Source: Podarcis vaucheri (lineage: Eukaryota). From it: DNA of 64,000 bases. Every line of letters begins with the position of its first letter. Position 1 is the first letter of the stretch. The position numbers and the translations under genes are program-made. Below the pieces are notes generated by a model that searched no databases, was not told the origin of the DNA, and saw only the letters and a program-made list of their open reading frames with translations. Location: the NCBI GenBank assembly GCA_965113315.1, contig OZ220376.1, one strand, 5' to 3'. Positions 47,571 through 60,225 of this stretch are shown one piece after another.

Positions 47571-50500
47571 TCTTTATAGCCAAGGAAACATTTGAACCAT
47601 GGCCAAAGCTCAAGAAGGCTGCATGCAGGACTTGCCCCAAAGAACCATGGGAATTGTAGTTTATTCAGGGTACTGTGAGTTATAGCTCTGTGGGAGATTA
47701 ACCACAGTTCCCAGGATTCTTTGGCAGAAGTCATGCTTTTCAAATGAATAGTTTGTACGCAGCCTAATAGGACAGCTGTGGGTCGTGTAAACTTTCAAAG
47801 TTACGTAGCCCCTGCTTCTGTAGAACCTGAAAATAACTTTATAGAAAGCTGATACCTCAAATCTTGATAATAAAGCGGCAACAAATCAATTAAGTTTTAT
47901 CAGTAAGCTCCAGATCGGCTTCATGGTAACCTTTCAAAGCTGCCTTTTTCTTTTGACTTTGAAAACCCAGAAACGTGTCACTTGAGAGCTGGAAGAAATG
48001 GAGGTCGCCACCTTTTATTTTTGGCATCAAACTGATGACTGGCAGAAGTCTTCTCCCCCTCCCCCCCCCCCGCCGGCCGCCCACCACATTTTTTTAAATA
48101 AAAAAAATTCATTTATCCCAATCAAAGAGTTTGAGCACATACAGCATTCTTCACAGTTTGACCTTTTAAAACTGTCAGAATGATATTAAACTGGGAGCAT
48201 TATCATCTTATTTCGACTTGCCAGCCAGGGTGCCGTCTAAATCCTGCTTCGAATGGCGACTTTTTAATGTGACCTTTGGCAAGTTGCTTGTGTCGCAGCC
48301 TCACAAGGACATGTGGCTTGGGGTTGTTGTATTGGAGGCAAAGCCTCAGAACTGGCATCCTCTCTGCAGCCGTTGGAGAGGGTGGAAGTCACCGTTTCCA
48401 CCCAAGGAGCTGTGGGGTTAAGCTCTTGTTACGACGATTATTGTCGTTTCCTTAATTGCCTTCCAAGCAACAGTCATGAGGCAATTTACACATTAGATTA
48501 TTAGAAGCGGTTAAAAAAACACAAAAACAGCCATTACCTCATAAAATAAAGTACATTCTCAAGAGACTACATGCTGAATTGAATGTTAACAACAAAAACT
48601 GACCCGATACAGAAAAAGAACAAAATAAATGCTATGAATACAAAAATAAAGCCGTATTTCATTGGGACTTTCCATCTCCATAATAGACCTTTCATAAAGG
48701 TAACAAATGGCCGACAAATGGAGGCAAACTCCATAGGTTCAGCTGCATCCAGAGATACTCTTAATTTTATAAGTCAGGGCTTTTTTCTAGGAATTAGAAT
48801 AAACATTACTTTGTGGAACCAGATATTTAAAGACAAACCCTAGGACTCCCTGTGATATGGTCAAAGGGGCAGCTACTGATAGAAAAATGACAAGATGTTT
48901 GCATAGGAAGTCTGTATTTCACTCGTCAGAAATTGGCAGAAGATGCAGTTGGGGCTGTGAACTCTGGTTTTGTTGTTTTATACTTTTCCTTTTCCTTTTC
49001 ATTTTATTACTGGAGGGCTGTTTAAACTTCATAATGAAGTCTTGAGATTAAACAACAACATCTAACATAATATTAAATCCATACAAAGCAGACCCTTTCG
49101 ACTAAGTCCCATTTATCTAGCTTGATAAAAGCCTGTTAGAACAAAATGTCCTTTTTTACTATAAATATTTTTATTTCGTTTTTTTGAAATTATACAGCTA
49201 AGAAGATACACGTAACAAGTTACAATAGCATTTCCCTGTAATCCCTCCATCTCTCTCCCTGACGCGGGAACGGAGCGGTGTTTTTAATGGAAGATGTTGT
49301 TCCAGAGCTGCAGGTCTGTGTGTTGAGGATGCCGCACTGCAGAATTGTCCATTGAAAAATAGTGAAGGGATACCAAGTTTTTATAAAGTCATCCGCATTT
49401 TGTTTACCCCTCAGGGCTTTCAGGTGTTTAGTGAACTTTTCCATTAATGCCGCTGTCCATATATTTTTATCTGCATATGGAGACAATGTGAAGTGTCTTC
49501 GCTTGTTTCCAGAAAGTGCAGATATAGGGCGCCTGAGCTTGGAAATACGTTACATTAGGGGAAATTGCTGTGTCAAAAAAAATTAAAATGTGTATTTTAG
49601 ACAAAATTGCATACAACTGTATATTCTGGAAGAAATTCTTATGGCAATATTGATGAAATTTCATGAGAACTTTAAAAAAAAATATCACAAGCTGGTGTGG
49701 AAGTGTGCAGAACTGAAATTAAGTTTGGGGAAATGAGAAATGAAAATAGACAGATCCACCCATCCCTAATCTGCAGTTTCTAGCAAGTAGCAAGGTGAAT
49801 CCTGCAAGCCTAATGCCTACCCACCTCTGCCCTAAGCTTCAGAAGGGGATATTGGCAGCTTCCAACGAGATGGCACCAGTGTGGGCGTTCTGGGGTCAAC
49901 ACACACGCTTCAGGTCAACGAGGGCTTTAGCTAATTGGTTTATTATAATGGAAGCTCTTGTAAGCAAGCTTCTGCTTCATCACTTGCAGATATTGGACTA
50001 AGAAGGAGATGGGGGGGTGTGATAGATTTTTACATACGTGCAGTGCAATATTTAGCCATCGGTTAGTGTCATCTTTTTCAAATGACTGTATCCACCACTC
50101 CATCCGATCCACCAGCTCCATGCCTGGCTGGAGGTCCATCCTTTGGTGAAGGTCTGAATTGTATTTGTGCAGCCTCCTCTGTGCAATCAGGGCTCCAGAT
50201 CACATGGAGTTGCCTCTTCCAGTGGTGCTGAAGTCAAAAGGCTGGGCCAGTGATGTGACCCAGCTCTCCCTTCCCCATCAACCTTAAGAACCTAAGAAGA
50301 GTCCCTTGCGTCAGGTCAGTATCCCATCTAGTCTAGCATCCCATTCTCACTGTGACCAACCAGATGCCTTTGGGAAGCCCACAAGCAGCACCTGAATGCA
50401 ACAGCCCTCTCCTCTCCTGTGGTTTCCAACTACTCACATTCACAGGTGGACTGCCTTCGACAGTGGTGGGCTTCCCCTGCCTTTTGCTCCAACCTGTATG

Positions 50501-51904
50501 GAGGAAGGAAATATCATAAGAGACCTCTGCATGCTTCCTTCTTGTTCCAGCCCACAAATCCCAAGGCTATAAAGCCACCCCGGTGGTGGAGGGGTGCCCA
50601 TAAAGCAACTCCACAAAGCCATCTGCACTTCATGGTAGCTGGTCTTAATCATTTTTCCAATCAAAGGCCGGTTGGCATCCTAATTGATTTTATATTATGT
50701 CCCTTACCAGAAGGGAGAAGGCGTGTGCTTACCAGGGCAGCACAAAGAGAGCAGGTCTATTCTTACTGCTGTATTTAATGCTGCTGCTAATCACGGAGAT
50801 TAGGCTGAAACAATTACAACAGCTAATTAAAGAACAATGCGGGTTTTGGCATCTTTTTTGCAGACAGCACTACCGGGAATTCCTAACTCAGGCAAAGTAG
50901 AGATAATTAAAAATCGAGCTCCGGTTTCCTCGCACGGGCATCTGGATCATACTGATTAAACTGCAAACAAAACAAACGCACACGCAAAAACAGATGAAAC
51001 CAACACTTTGCAGCCTATCCAATTTCACTTAAAGGGCCTTTTGGACAATTCATAAGCAGGAAAGTAGAAAGGGAGAAGAAAAGGCAGGGAGACAGCCAAC
51101 TCTCAGCAGCCAATTAGGTGACTAAGCTATGAAGATGGATTGTGACTCTCCCTCACCCTTTTAAATGCCAAACGCTGAGTATTGCGAGCAATAGAGCCTC
51201 GTGGAGCACTCAAAATCGTTGGCGCTGCTACTGACCGTGTCTGGACAATCAGCTTAATAAGCCAAGAGGGGAATGAGCCTTTTGGCTGCACGTGCCACTA
51301 GGGATGGATGGATCAGGCTCAATTCAGGCTGTGCCAATTTTACATGTGGCTGGTATTAAGTTTATTCAGTCCTGTTATGAGCTGCATGTGTAGTTCCTCT
51401 CCTGCTCCCAGCCCCCCCAAAAACTGCAAAGATCATTCGGCTAAGGAAAGCTACTTCCAATGAGTTGTTTGGATGCCAGACAATAGGAATCCCTGGTGTC
51501 CCAAAGGTCTGCTTTTCCCCCCTCTTCTTTTGTGCACTTTTCCTCTTTCTGGTTGCCCTTCCTTTTCCCCTCGCACTTAGGATGCAGCTTTTCTGTGGTG
51601 GCTTTGACTGAGATCAGGTAGTCCCTAGAAGTTGTTTCCTGCAATTGCTGCTTTGCGATAAGTGAGGGTGGGTGGAGAATCCCATTCCTCCCAAAAGGCA
51701 AATTTGAAAACTTTGCCGAGAGGCTTAAACAGCAGTTGAAAGCCAGACACTCATTAAGAATTCACCGTACTGTACAGTTAATTTATAGTACAATGGTGTA
51801 CATGTCTGCTCATAAATGAGTCTCTGTGTTTAATGGGGCTTCCTCCCAGGTTAGTGGATACAGGATGGCAATGGGTTGGTGTGGGAGGAAAACTGTGTTC
51901 TTGT

Positions 51905-52039
51905 CAGTGCTATTTTTCTAGAGAAAGAGATGCCAGAATTCACCACGAACACCTCCCTTGTTCTCTTATTATGGCAATGGCACCCACCTGAGAGATGCCG
52001 GGACTGAGTTCCGGCGAGTTCCAGCTTTAAAAAGCCCTG
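51905..52039. mobile_element. hAT MITE
   Basis: CAGTGCTATTTTT...AAAAAGCCCTG termini; TSD GTTCTTGT / ATTCTTGT. Confidence 0.85.
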
Positions 52040-52678
52040 ATTCTTGTGCCTTTAACAGCTGCATGGCAGGCAAATTCCACAGGTTAAGCATTTTCTAATA
52101 TGGAAATGCAATTATGGGGAAAGCTGCTCTCTAATTTTGAGTGAAAACATGCCCTCCATGGCGGCCATGTTGTGTTAGGCCGCACTCCCATCGCAGCTGC
52201 TTTCTGATTGGCATCCACAGGACTCTCTCAAAATTTGAAATCTTCCCACTGGTCCATAAAGTTTGGCATCCCTTCAGTTAGGTGATGGAATCAAGGACTT
52301 GCAGGAGTTCTTCAAGAGGAGGCTGGGGACAAGGGCATTTTTAGTTCTGGATTTCATGAAGTAAGCAGAAGGCTGGATTTGGACTGCTTCACAAGGCAGT
52401 TTATTCAGTTTCTCCATTTGTGCGTGGCATGTGAACTTCCACATGACATCAAAGCCACTTCTGGAGAACTAATGGAATATAGCGCATGGTTGGAGTTTAT
52501 TTCCATGTTATTTGATTCCAGGAAAAAAACATATTTGCAGCTGCTTAACCCAGAAAATTGCTGGAACAGAGGGACAAAATTTGGGGTGTTATACTGGCAT
52601 ATGAATTCTTCCCTGCTGTTTTCTTGAAGGAATCAGGGGGGAACAGAAGTAGACATGTGCAGAAAAAAATGGAGTAGT

Positions 52679-53167
52679 ACAGCATCTTAAAAAGTAGAGA
52701 TATCGCCTTGCCAACAAAGGTCCGTATAGTTAAAGCTATGGTTTTCCCAGTAGTGATGTATGGAAGTGAGAGCTGGACCATAAAGAAGGCTGATCGCCGA
52801 AGAATTGATGCTTTTGAATTATGGTGCTGGAGGAGACTCTTGAGAGTCCCATGGACTGCAAGAAGATCAAACCTCTCCATTCTTAAGGAAATCAGCCCTG
52901 AGTGCTCACTCGAAGGACAGATCCTGAAGCTGAGGCTCCAATACTTTGGCCACCTCATGAGAAGAGAAGACTCCTTGGAAAAGACCCTGATGTTGGGAAA
53001 GATGGAGGGCACAAGGAGAAGGGGACGACAGAGGACGAGGTGGTTGGATAGTGTTCGTGAAGCTACCAGCATGAGTTTGACCAACCTGCGGGAGGCAGTG
53101 GAAGGAGTGCCTGGCGTGCTCTGGTCCATGGGGTTACGAAGAGTCGGACACGACTAAACAACAACAA
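52679..53167 (+). mobile_element. BovB (RTE) LINE, 5'-truncated 3' end
   Basis: ORF 52708-53157 nearly identical to the 12044-12565 copy; CTAAACAACAACAA tail. Confidence 0.95.
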
Positions 53168-53959
53168 GTGACATTGTCCAATGACACCGATTGTTGTGTC
53201 ACACTCTGTCTATTGGTTTATAGGACATGTATGCCGTTCCAGTATATCGGTTAAAAAGCCACAGTTCCATAGACAGCTGCTGCAGTGAGGATGGAACATA
53301 AGAAAATGGGTCAGAAGCACTAGCATTATAATCGGGAAAACTAATATAGTATTACCCACATCTGAATGTGTGGTGATCTGTAACACTTCCTCCAATCCTA
53401 TGATTCTCTCAAGTGCAATACAGTACTGCATTTTGGGGGATCAGAGTTTAAAATAGATATTACTAATGTTGCATGAACAATATTTACATGCTTGTGTGTG
53501 TGTGTGGCACAAGGTGCCGCACTTAACATTGCTTGAAAGTATTTGAGCACACATCCTCTCATAAAATGGGACGGCTAGATTTACAAACCTAGCTCACCTT
53601 GGAATTCCCAGGGACGGCAGCAACGCTTAACATGCATAAACAACGGTGCAATATAAAAGATATTGATGTAAAAAGGCTGTAAATTGCTTTCCCAAATATA
53701 TGCTTTCATGTCTCGTCCAATGCACACGATTACTCATATTTGTGCAGGGCAGAAAGGGGAGAACGTTAAACCGTTTATCAAACAATACATAAAGCTCAAA
53801 AGCTAATGCAAAAGCAGTGGGTCAGTTCTCCCGGCAAAAGGGATAGCACACAACTGTGAAAAGTTATTGGCATGTTGCATTAATTCCCCACATTCTGCCC
53901 CCCTTTCAACAGAAATGCTCAGAAAATGTCAACTGGATGCCCAAAATCCAATCATCCTT

Positions 53960-54025
53960 GTTGTTTAGTCGTGTCCGACTCTTCATGACCCCCTGGACCA
54001 GAGCACGCCAGGCACTCCTGTCTTC
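53960..54025 (-). mobile_element. Ultra-short (66 bp) BovB 3' insertion
   Basis: BovB terminal sequence with perfect 12-bp TSD CCAATCATCCTT (53948-53959 and 54026-54037). Confidence 0.9.
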
Positions 54026-54170
54026 CCAATCATCCTTACCACCATCCAAATTCATGTAGGAGCAGCAGAAGCTTTCAGCACCAATCCAATGCAGCAACAG
54101 AATCTGGCTTTGCACAACATTCTGGTAACAAAGGAGGGAACTGCTGGCCATGTCAGCCAGGTCTTGCAAA

Positions 54171-54320
54171 TAACTCGGTTGGAGCATGGTGCTGATAATG
54201 CCAAGGTTGCAGGTTCGATCCCCCCTTGGGACAACTGCATATTCCTGCATTGCAGGGGGTTGGACTAAATGATCCTCAGGGTCCCTTCCAGCTCTATGAT
54301 TCTGTGAATTCTATGATTCT
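54171..54320 (+). mobile_element. tRNA-Ile-derived SINE with CR1-type 3' tail
   Basis: GGTGCTGATAATGCCAAGGTTGCAGGTTCGATCCCC head; GGTCCCTTCCAGCTCTATGATTCT tail. Confidence 0.85.
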
Positions 54321-55636
54321 CTGTCAATTTAAACAGCCTGAAGGGGACACCTACATGCCTCATTAGAAGGGCATAATTTCACTAATGGGCTGGTTCAAAT
54401 GCATTGTCAAACCATGGTTTGCAGTAGCAGTAGATTCCATACCATGCCAAGTGTTCCACAGAGACATACAATCCATAGTTTCTGCTCTTTACCTTTCGCC
54501 CTGTCTTTCTTCATAATCTCCCAAGATTAATAATCCCCTGGTAGAGCAATGTCTCAAACCAGGGTTTGTCAGTTGAGGGTGCTGGCACTGATTTCCCCAA
54601 ATATGGATTGCAAACAAACTTCAAACCATGGCTTCAGATCCTTTTTGAGCAGATGCTCACAAAGCATGGCTTGTCTGAGCCTGTTGGTTGAGAATTCTGG
54701 GAAACCATGGTTTGGCATTATGTTTTGGGTCACTCTCAGTGAATCCTGTCCTGTAGAGATGTGTGGTGGGGCAGTTACCACACAAAAGGGACACAGACCA
54801 CAAATACAACTCTGCTCTGCAGTAGTGCATTTGCTGTACTCCAGCTCAGTTGATGCTCCCCTGAAGTACAACCCAGCCTTCGCCATGGCTTAAACAGAGA
54901 ATCCCCATTGCACAACTGCTTTAAGAGCCCTGCCAAAAATTGCCCGTGCTGCCTTATTTTATGTGGGGGTCAGGCCCACATAGGGTGCATTGTCGTAATC
55001 TTAGAGGGGCCACACCTCCTCCAACCCCTGTGGGCCATTTTGACAGGTGAGCAGAGACTCCCACCTGTGAATCACTTGACATCACAGCAATGCCAGGTGA
55101 CCCATCGTAAAGGTTTTCCTTTGCAAACACCTGCAGAGGAGTGTCCTTTGCATTGCAGGCTTGAATTGAAACTGGCAGTGCAAAGGGTTATTTGTGCTTA
55201 CAGCAAATCAGTGTAGTTCTCAGTGGGGAAGTCTGTAGCACAGCTGATCCCAATGGGTTTGTTGTCATTGGTGCCAACAGTAAGCCTAAGCTTTCCAGGG
55301 GTCCTCCATCCCTGGCATACATCAACAGTGGCTAGACCTGGTTTCTGCAGCTGAGGTTGTGTAGAGGGCATTTCTGGGCACAGCAGCTACCTGAGCATCC
55401 AAGAGTACTGCCAAAGGTTCCCTGGCTGCTAGTCCAATGTCCTACTCTGTGCCGGAAATCCAGAGCTGGCACACCCCTGCCAGATGGCTGTCCAGCCTCT
55501 GTTTGAAACCTCCTGCAAGGGAGAACCCACCACACCACTAGGTAATTGCTTCCTTTGCTGAGCTGATCATTGAGATGTTTCTCCTAATTTCCAACTGAAA
55601 CCCACCTTTCTGTCTCTTATGCACATTAAGGAAGTA

Positions 55637-55867
55637 CAGTGGTACCTCAGGTTACATACGCTTCAGGTTACAGACTCCGCTAACCCAGAAATAGTGCTTC
55701 AGGTTAAGAACTTTGCTTCAGGATGAGAACAGAAACCGTGCTCTGGCAGTGCAGTGCAGCGGCAGCAGGAGGCCCCATTAGCTAAAGTGGTGCTTCAGGT
55801 TAAGAACAGTTTCAGGTTAAGAACGGACCTCCGGAACGAATTAAGTATGTAACCAGAGGTACCACTG
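55637..55867 (-). mobile_element. Tigger-like MITE family A, copy 6 (reverse)
   Basis: TIRs plus TA TSD; lies next to CR1 remnants (about 55470-55625 and 56180-56225). Confidence 0.92.
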
Positions 55868-56953
55868 TATAGGGGATTTTCTTCTGCAAGTCCCAAAGAT
55901 CTCAGAAGACCACTCCTCAGTAACCCAGAACAGTGTGGCTGCCCCTGTTGTGTGGAATAGCATTTCTGCTGAAATACAACAAGGCACCCACTATCTGAGC
56001 TTTTCGGAAACAGCTGAATACATTTTTGTTTCGACAGGCGTTCCCAGCTGACTAAATGGGACTCTGCCATGAGTGTCTATTTTGTATGCTTTTAGACTTG
56101 TCTTAACCGTATTTGCTCTCTTGAGTGGGACAGCCCTTTGGGTATTTGAATGCTGTCATTCCCACCTCCACCACCAACTCCGTCTTCTCTTCTCCAGGCT
56201 AAACATACTCAGTTTCTTCAACCTTATGCATATTTTTTGCAGTGTCTATTAATCCAGTTTCTGGCTGTGACCCTCTGTCTTCCCAGAATGCCTCTCCTGT
56301 GCCTTTAATGTGAAATGGCATTCAGGATGTGCCAGCTGGGGAAAAGAGACCCTGCAATTTCCAGCTGTGGGGCTTAGGAACAATTTTGTATTCCACCCTT
56401 CCCCCCCTTTTTAACGAGATAATTGCAAACATTGGGGCCAAATCATTGCTTCCCTTGTGCCAACCGTGGCCTGGACTTCTGCACTGTGTGTAGGAGGTGC
56501 ATGCATTAGTAATCTGGCATGGACACACCAGTTGAATGTTTTGTATTTCCCAAGAATCAGTGCTTTGTGTTTGTGTGTAGGCACACACACAAAAACCCCT
56601 CTTTCTACAGTGCTCAGTACAGCCTTGGGGGTTATCATAACAGTTTTGGCTGACTACATTTGCAAAGGGGGAAAGCTGGCAGGAGGGTGAGAGAGACAGA
56701 ATTGGGTTTCCACGTCCAACAATCTGGTCAAACCCAGTTCAGTTATGCCTCATTCTGGCAGCAGGGAGCCCAGAGGAATTAAAGAGGCATGGTTTTCCTT
56801 GCTGGTTAAGCAGACGCTCAAAGGAAGCTAACCACGGGAAGGAGCAACAACCAATAAGGTCTGATACTGTAATAATATGTGGCATTATTGCATATGCATG
56901 AGTCATCCATAACCGGAGCCACTGGCCGTTTTCATATAGGGCAGAAACTTTTA

Positions 56954-57156
56954 CAGTTCTGGAGGTCTGTTCTTAACCTGAAACTGTTCTTAACCTGAGG
57001 TCCCACTTTAGCTAATGGGGCCTCCTGCTGCCGCTGCGCAATTTCTGTTCTCATCCTGAAGCAAATTTCTTAACCCGAGGTACTATTTCTGGGTTAGCGG
57101 AGTCTGTAACCTGAAGTGTCTGCAACCTGAAGCGTCTGTAACCTGAGGTACCACTG
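56954..57156 (+). mobile_element. Tigger-like MITE family A, copy 7 (left TIR deleted)
   Basis: TA-CAGT joined directly to TCTGGAGGTC; right TIR and TA intact. Confidence 0.88.
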
Positions 57157-57789
57157 TATTTCCCACAAGTAGCAATGCCTGCTGTTACTTTGTAAAACTG
57201 TAAACTGTGTATTTGTAACATTTGTAATATTTGTAACATCCCATGCTTGTTTCTTTTTTGGAAATAGCACTGAAATGGCCCTCTCGCTCCAGTAGCTATA
57301 ACATATGGGATAAAATGTAAGCTGTATTTAAAATATACATTTATTGACAGGCTTAACCTTTCCAGATAATATTGCTTGCAAAATACAGAAATATTAAGCC
57401 TATCCCCAGATTAAACTAAGCACTCTGAGATTGCTTGGATCGAAAAGGCCACCTGTTACAAAACTGGCTGCCGGTGAGAGAACTGTTGGGCATACCAATT
57501 ATCCAGAGCTCTGATGAAGCAAGGAGATGCACTTTAGATCTGGGTATTCTGCTGCCTTATCCTAATATACTGAAGGGGAGAGGGATGGTGGTGGCATAAC
57601 CCCAGCTGTCTTGTTTATTTATGTGCATTTATATCTTGTGTTTCTTCTGTCAAGGAACTCATTTGCTTTCCATTATCGGATCACCTATCCATTTACGCCA
57701 TCCTTGCTGCTCAGATATATTTAAAACTGGCCTATAAAATATAAAGGAGTACTAGTAGAGGAACATAGGAAGTGACTTTGTACTGGTCA

Positions 57790-58478
57790 AGTACCAAAAC
57801 GATCAAGGGGACGGATCAACTCCCCTATGAGGAAAGGTTATAGCATTTGGGACTTTTTAGGTTAGAGAAAAGGCAAGAAAGAAGTGATATGATAGAGGTT
57901 TCTAAAATATTGTATGGTATGGAGAAAGCAGCTAAAGAAAAAGTTTTCTCCCTCTCTCTTAACCCTATAACTCCAGAGAAACTGAAAGTTGGAAGATGCA
58001 GCACAGATAAAGTTCCGTATTTACTCGATCCTAATGCGCCATTGAATCTAATGTGCACCTCAAATTTCAGAACCTTGAAACCAACAACAAAAACAGTATT
58101 TGCTGGAGAATGTAGTCAAATCTAATGCCCACCTTAATTTTCGCATCATAATTTGGCAAAAAAAGGTGAACATTAGATTTGAGTAAATACGGTATTTCTT
58201 CACTCATCGTTAAACTTTGGAACTTGCTCACACAGGAAGCAGAGAAGGCCACCAATCTGGATGGCTTTAAAAGGGGATTGGACAAATTCGTGGAGGAGAA
58301 GGCTATCAATGGCTCCAAGCCACAATGACCATGCTTTCAGTCAGAGGCAACATGCTTCTGAATACCAGTTGCTTGAAAACACAGATGGGGAGATGGCTCA
58401 TGGGCTTGAGTCTTGTCTTTCAGGTTTCCTGCAGGCACCAGGATGTCCACTGTGAAAACAGGATGCTGGATTAGATGC
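57790..58478 (+). mobile_element. Old CR1-type LINE 3' end
   Basis: GLFRLEKRQERSDMIEV.KI..G motif, GGCTTTAAAAGGGGATTGGACAAATTC, and 3'UTR. Confidence 0.8.
58015..58192. mobile_element. Tc2/pogo-like MITE nested in CR1
   Basis: TIRs CCGTATTTACTCGATCCTAATG / CATTAGATTTGAGTAAATACGG; right flank TA, left flank TT. Confidence 0.85.
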
Positions 58479-58484
58479 CTGAAG

Positions 58485-58907
58485 CAGACCCTCCAACATT
58501 TTTCTGATGAAAATAGGGGTGTCCTATTCAGTAATGATAATAATAATAATTTTATTATTTATACCCCGCCAGTCTGACTGGGTTGCCTGAGCACTCTGCG
58601 CGCCCTCCAACATAAATAAAACATAAACATTTTAAAAACATCCCTATACAAGGCTGGCTGCCTGCAGATGTCTTCTAAATGTTGTATAGTTACTAATCTC
58701 CTTTGCTCAGGGGTCACATAACTCCATACCCTCCAGCATTTCTCCAATGAAAATAAGCAGGTCCTATTCCATACTCTCAAGCATTTCTCCAAAGAAAATA
58801 GGGATGTCCTAAGGAAAAGAGGGACATTCCAGGATCAAATCGGAAACCAGGACAGCTTCTGTAAATCTGGGACTGTCCCTGGAAAATAGGGACACTTGGA
58901 GGGTCTG
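58485..58907. mobile_element. Composite hAT-like MITE carrying an L2 3' end, full copy
   Basis: TIRs CAGACCCTCCAA / TTGGAGGGTCTG enclose an antisense L2 tail (about 58530-58700) and repeated CCCTCCAACATTTCTCC.ATGAAAATAGGG units. TSD unclear. Confidence 0.85.
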
Positions 58908-59945
58908 CCAAAGTACGTAATTTTTGCTCTCTGTTCCTTTCCTGCGGGCAACTCCCAGCTTGCCCAGGGATTCTGGGAGTCATAGTCCAGCAGCATCTAC
59001 AGGGCTGCAGGTTCCTAATCTCTGTCATCATTATTGTTGCTGTTATTTCAATTTATTATTAATAATTTATCTCCCACCCTTCTTCAAGAAGGAACTCAGG
59101 GAGGCAGCAGTAACTCCTATGTGAAGCAGCGAGAAACTTTCAGTGCCAGCTAGTTAATTGCCTATAAATCTATCAGCCTTCCATTATTAAAAAGTAGTAG
59201 AAGAAATCAGCCTCCTAGTCCTCTTCATATCAGGGGTTTCTGATATTTATTTTAAACCCCTAATTTTACACCGAGGCATTTTAATTAGTGTTGTTCACCC
59301 TAGTTTAGCTTCCCTCAAGCAGAAACTTGCTGGGATGAGCCAACAAAAGCTTCTGTTCATGAGGTAAACTCAAAAAAAAGGTTATTTCTCATGTTAAGAG
59401 TAATTCTTGCAGCCTAATCAAATGTCTGGGGACAAGTAATAAGCAATAATTGGCAGTCTTGGCTGTTTGTAACTAGAAAGATTGATTCAGCCAAACCAAA
59501 AAAAAGAAGTTATTTTTTCTCCTCTCTCTCTCGAGTTCTTTTTCTGCAGTACCGTTACATTACTAACGTCATGGATATTAATTGTCTCCAATATTCATTC
59601 CATGGGGATTCCAGAGAACAGTGGCTCCGTCAGTTAATAAATTCACATAGTTTGAGGAAAGTTTTAGTTTATTAGAGCTACAGTATGACTTATTTTTTTC
59701 CAGGAATTGGTTAGGAGTGAGATATTTTGCAGTCACCATTATATATATATTTTTCTCTCTCTATTTTAAAAAAATAAAATTTAAAAACCTCCCCAGGCAG
59801 CTAACATGAAAACCATGACATACAGATATGTCAAAGCAAATTAATGGAAGAGACACTTACTCACATTATTTCACCCGTTCTTGGTGAAGCTAGAGAATGA
59901 GTGTTTACGGCTGCTGGGGTCTGAACCTATATCCACACCATCTAT

Positions 59946-60225
59946 TTAAAGCACTATTGTACCACTTTAGCCATCATGGCTTCCCCCAAAGAATCCTGGG
60001 AAATGCAGGTTGTTAAGGGTGCTTAGGTTGTTATGACACACACACACAAAATTCCCCTCACTGAGCTTCAACTCCCAGGGTAGTTTAGCAATGAATTCCT
60101 TTCCCTAGAGAACTGTGGGAATTGTAACTCTATGAAGGGAATAGTGGTCTCCTGACAAACTCTCAGAACCCCTAACAAACTACAGTTCCCAGGATGCTTT
60201 TTGAAACTCCATTTGAACACATTGG
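59946..60225. mobile_element. Palindromic MITE-like repeat, family P
   Basis: Arms CCAAAGAATCCTGGGAA / TTCCCAGGATGCTTT around an inner hairpin. Confidence 0.75.

Noticed and set aside
54171-54230. tRNA-Ile-like sequence (and tRNA-Ala-like heads elsewhere) as tRNA genes
   Set aside because: Degenerate acceptor stems fused to SINE bodies and tails.
56180-56225. Strong splice-acceptor-like CTTCTCTTCTCCAG
   Set aside because: Part of an antisense CR1 fragment; no nearby donor.
57505-57560. CTGATGA hammerhead core motif (also at 12724, 48032 and 58504)
   Set aside because: No correctly spaced GAAA with supporting stems found by eye.
59704-59709. Possible 6-nt microexon (TTTTCCAG|GAATTG|GTTAGG)
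   Set aside because: Short polypyrimidine tract and weak donor; such matches are expected by chance.
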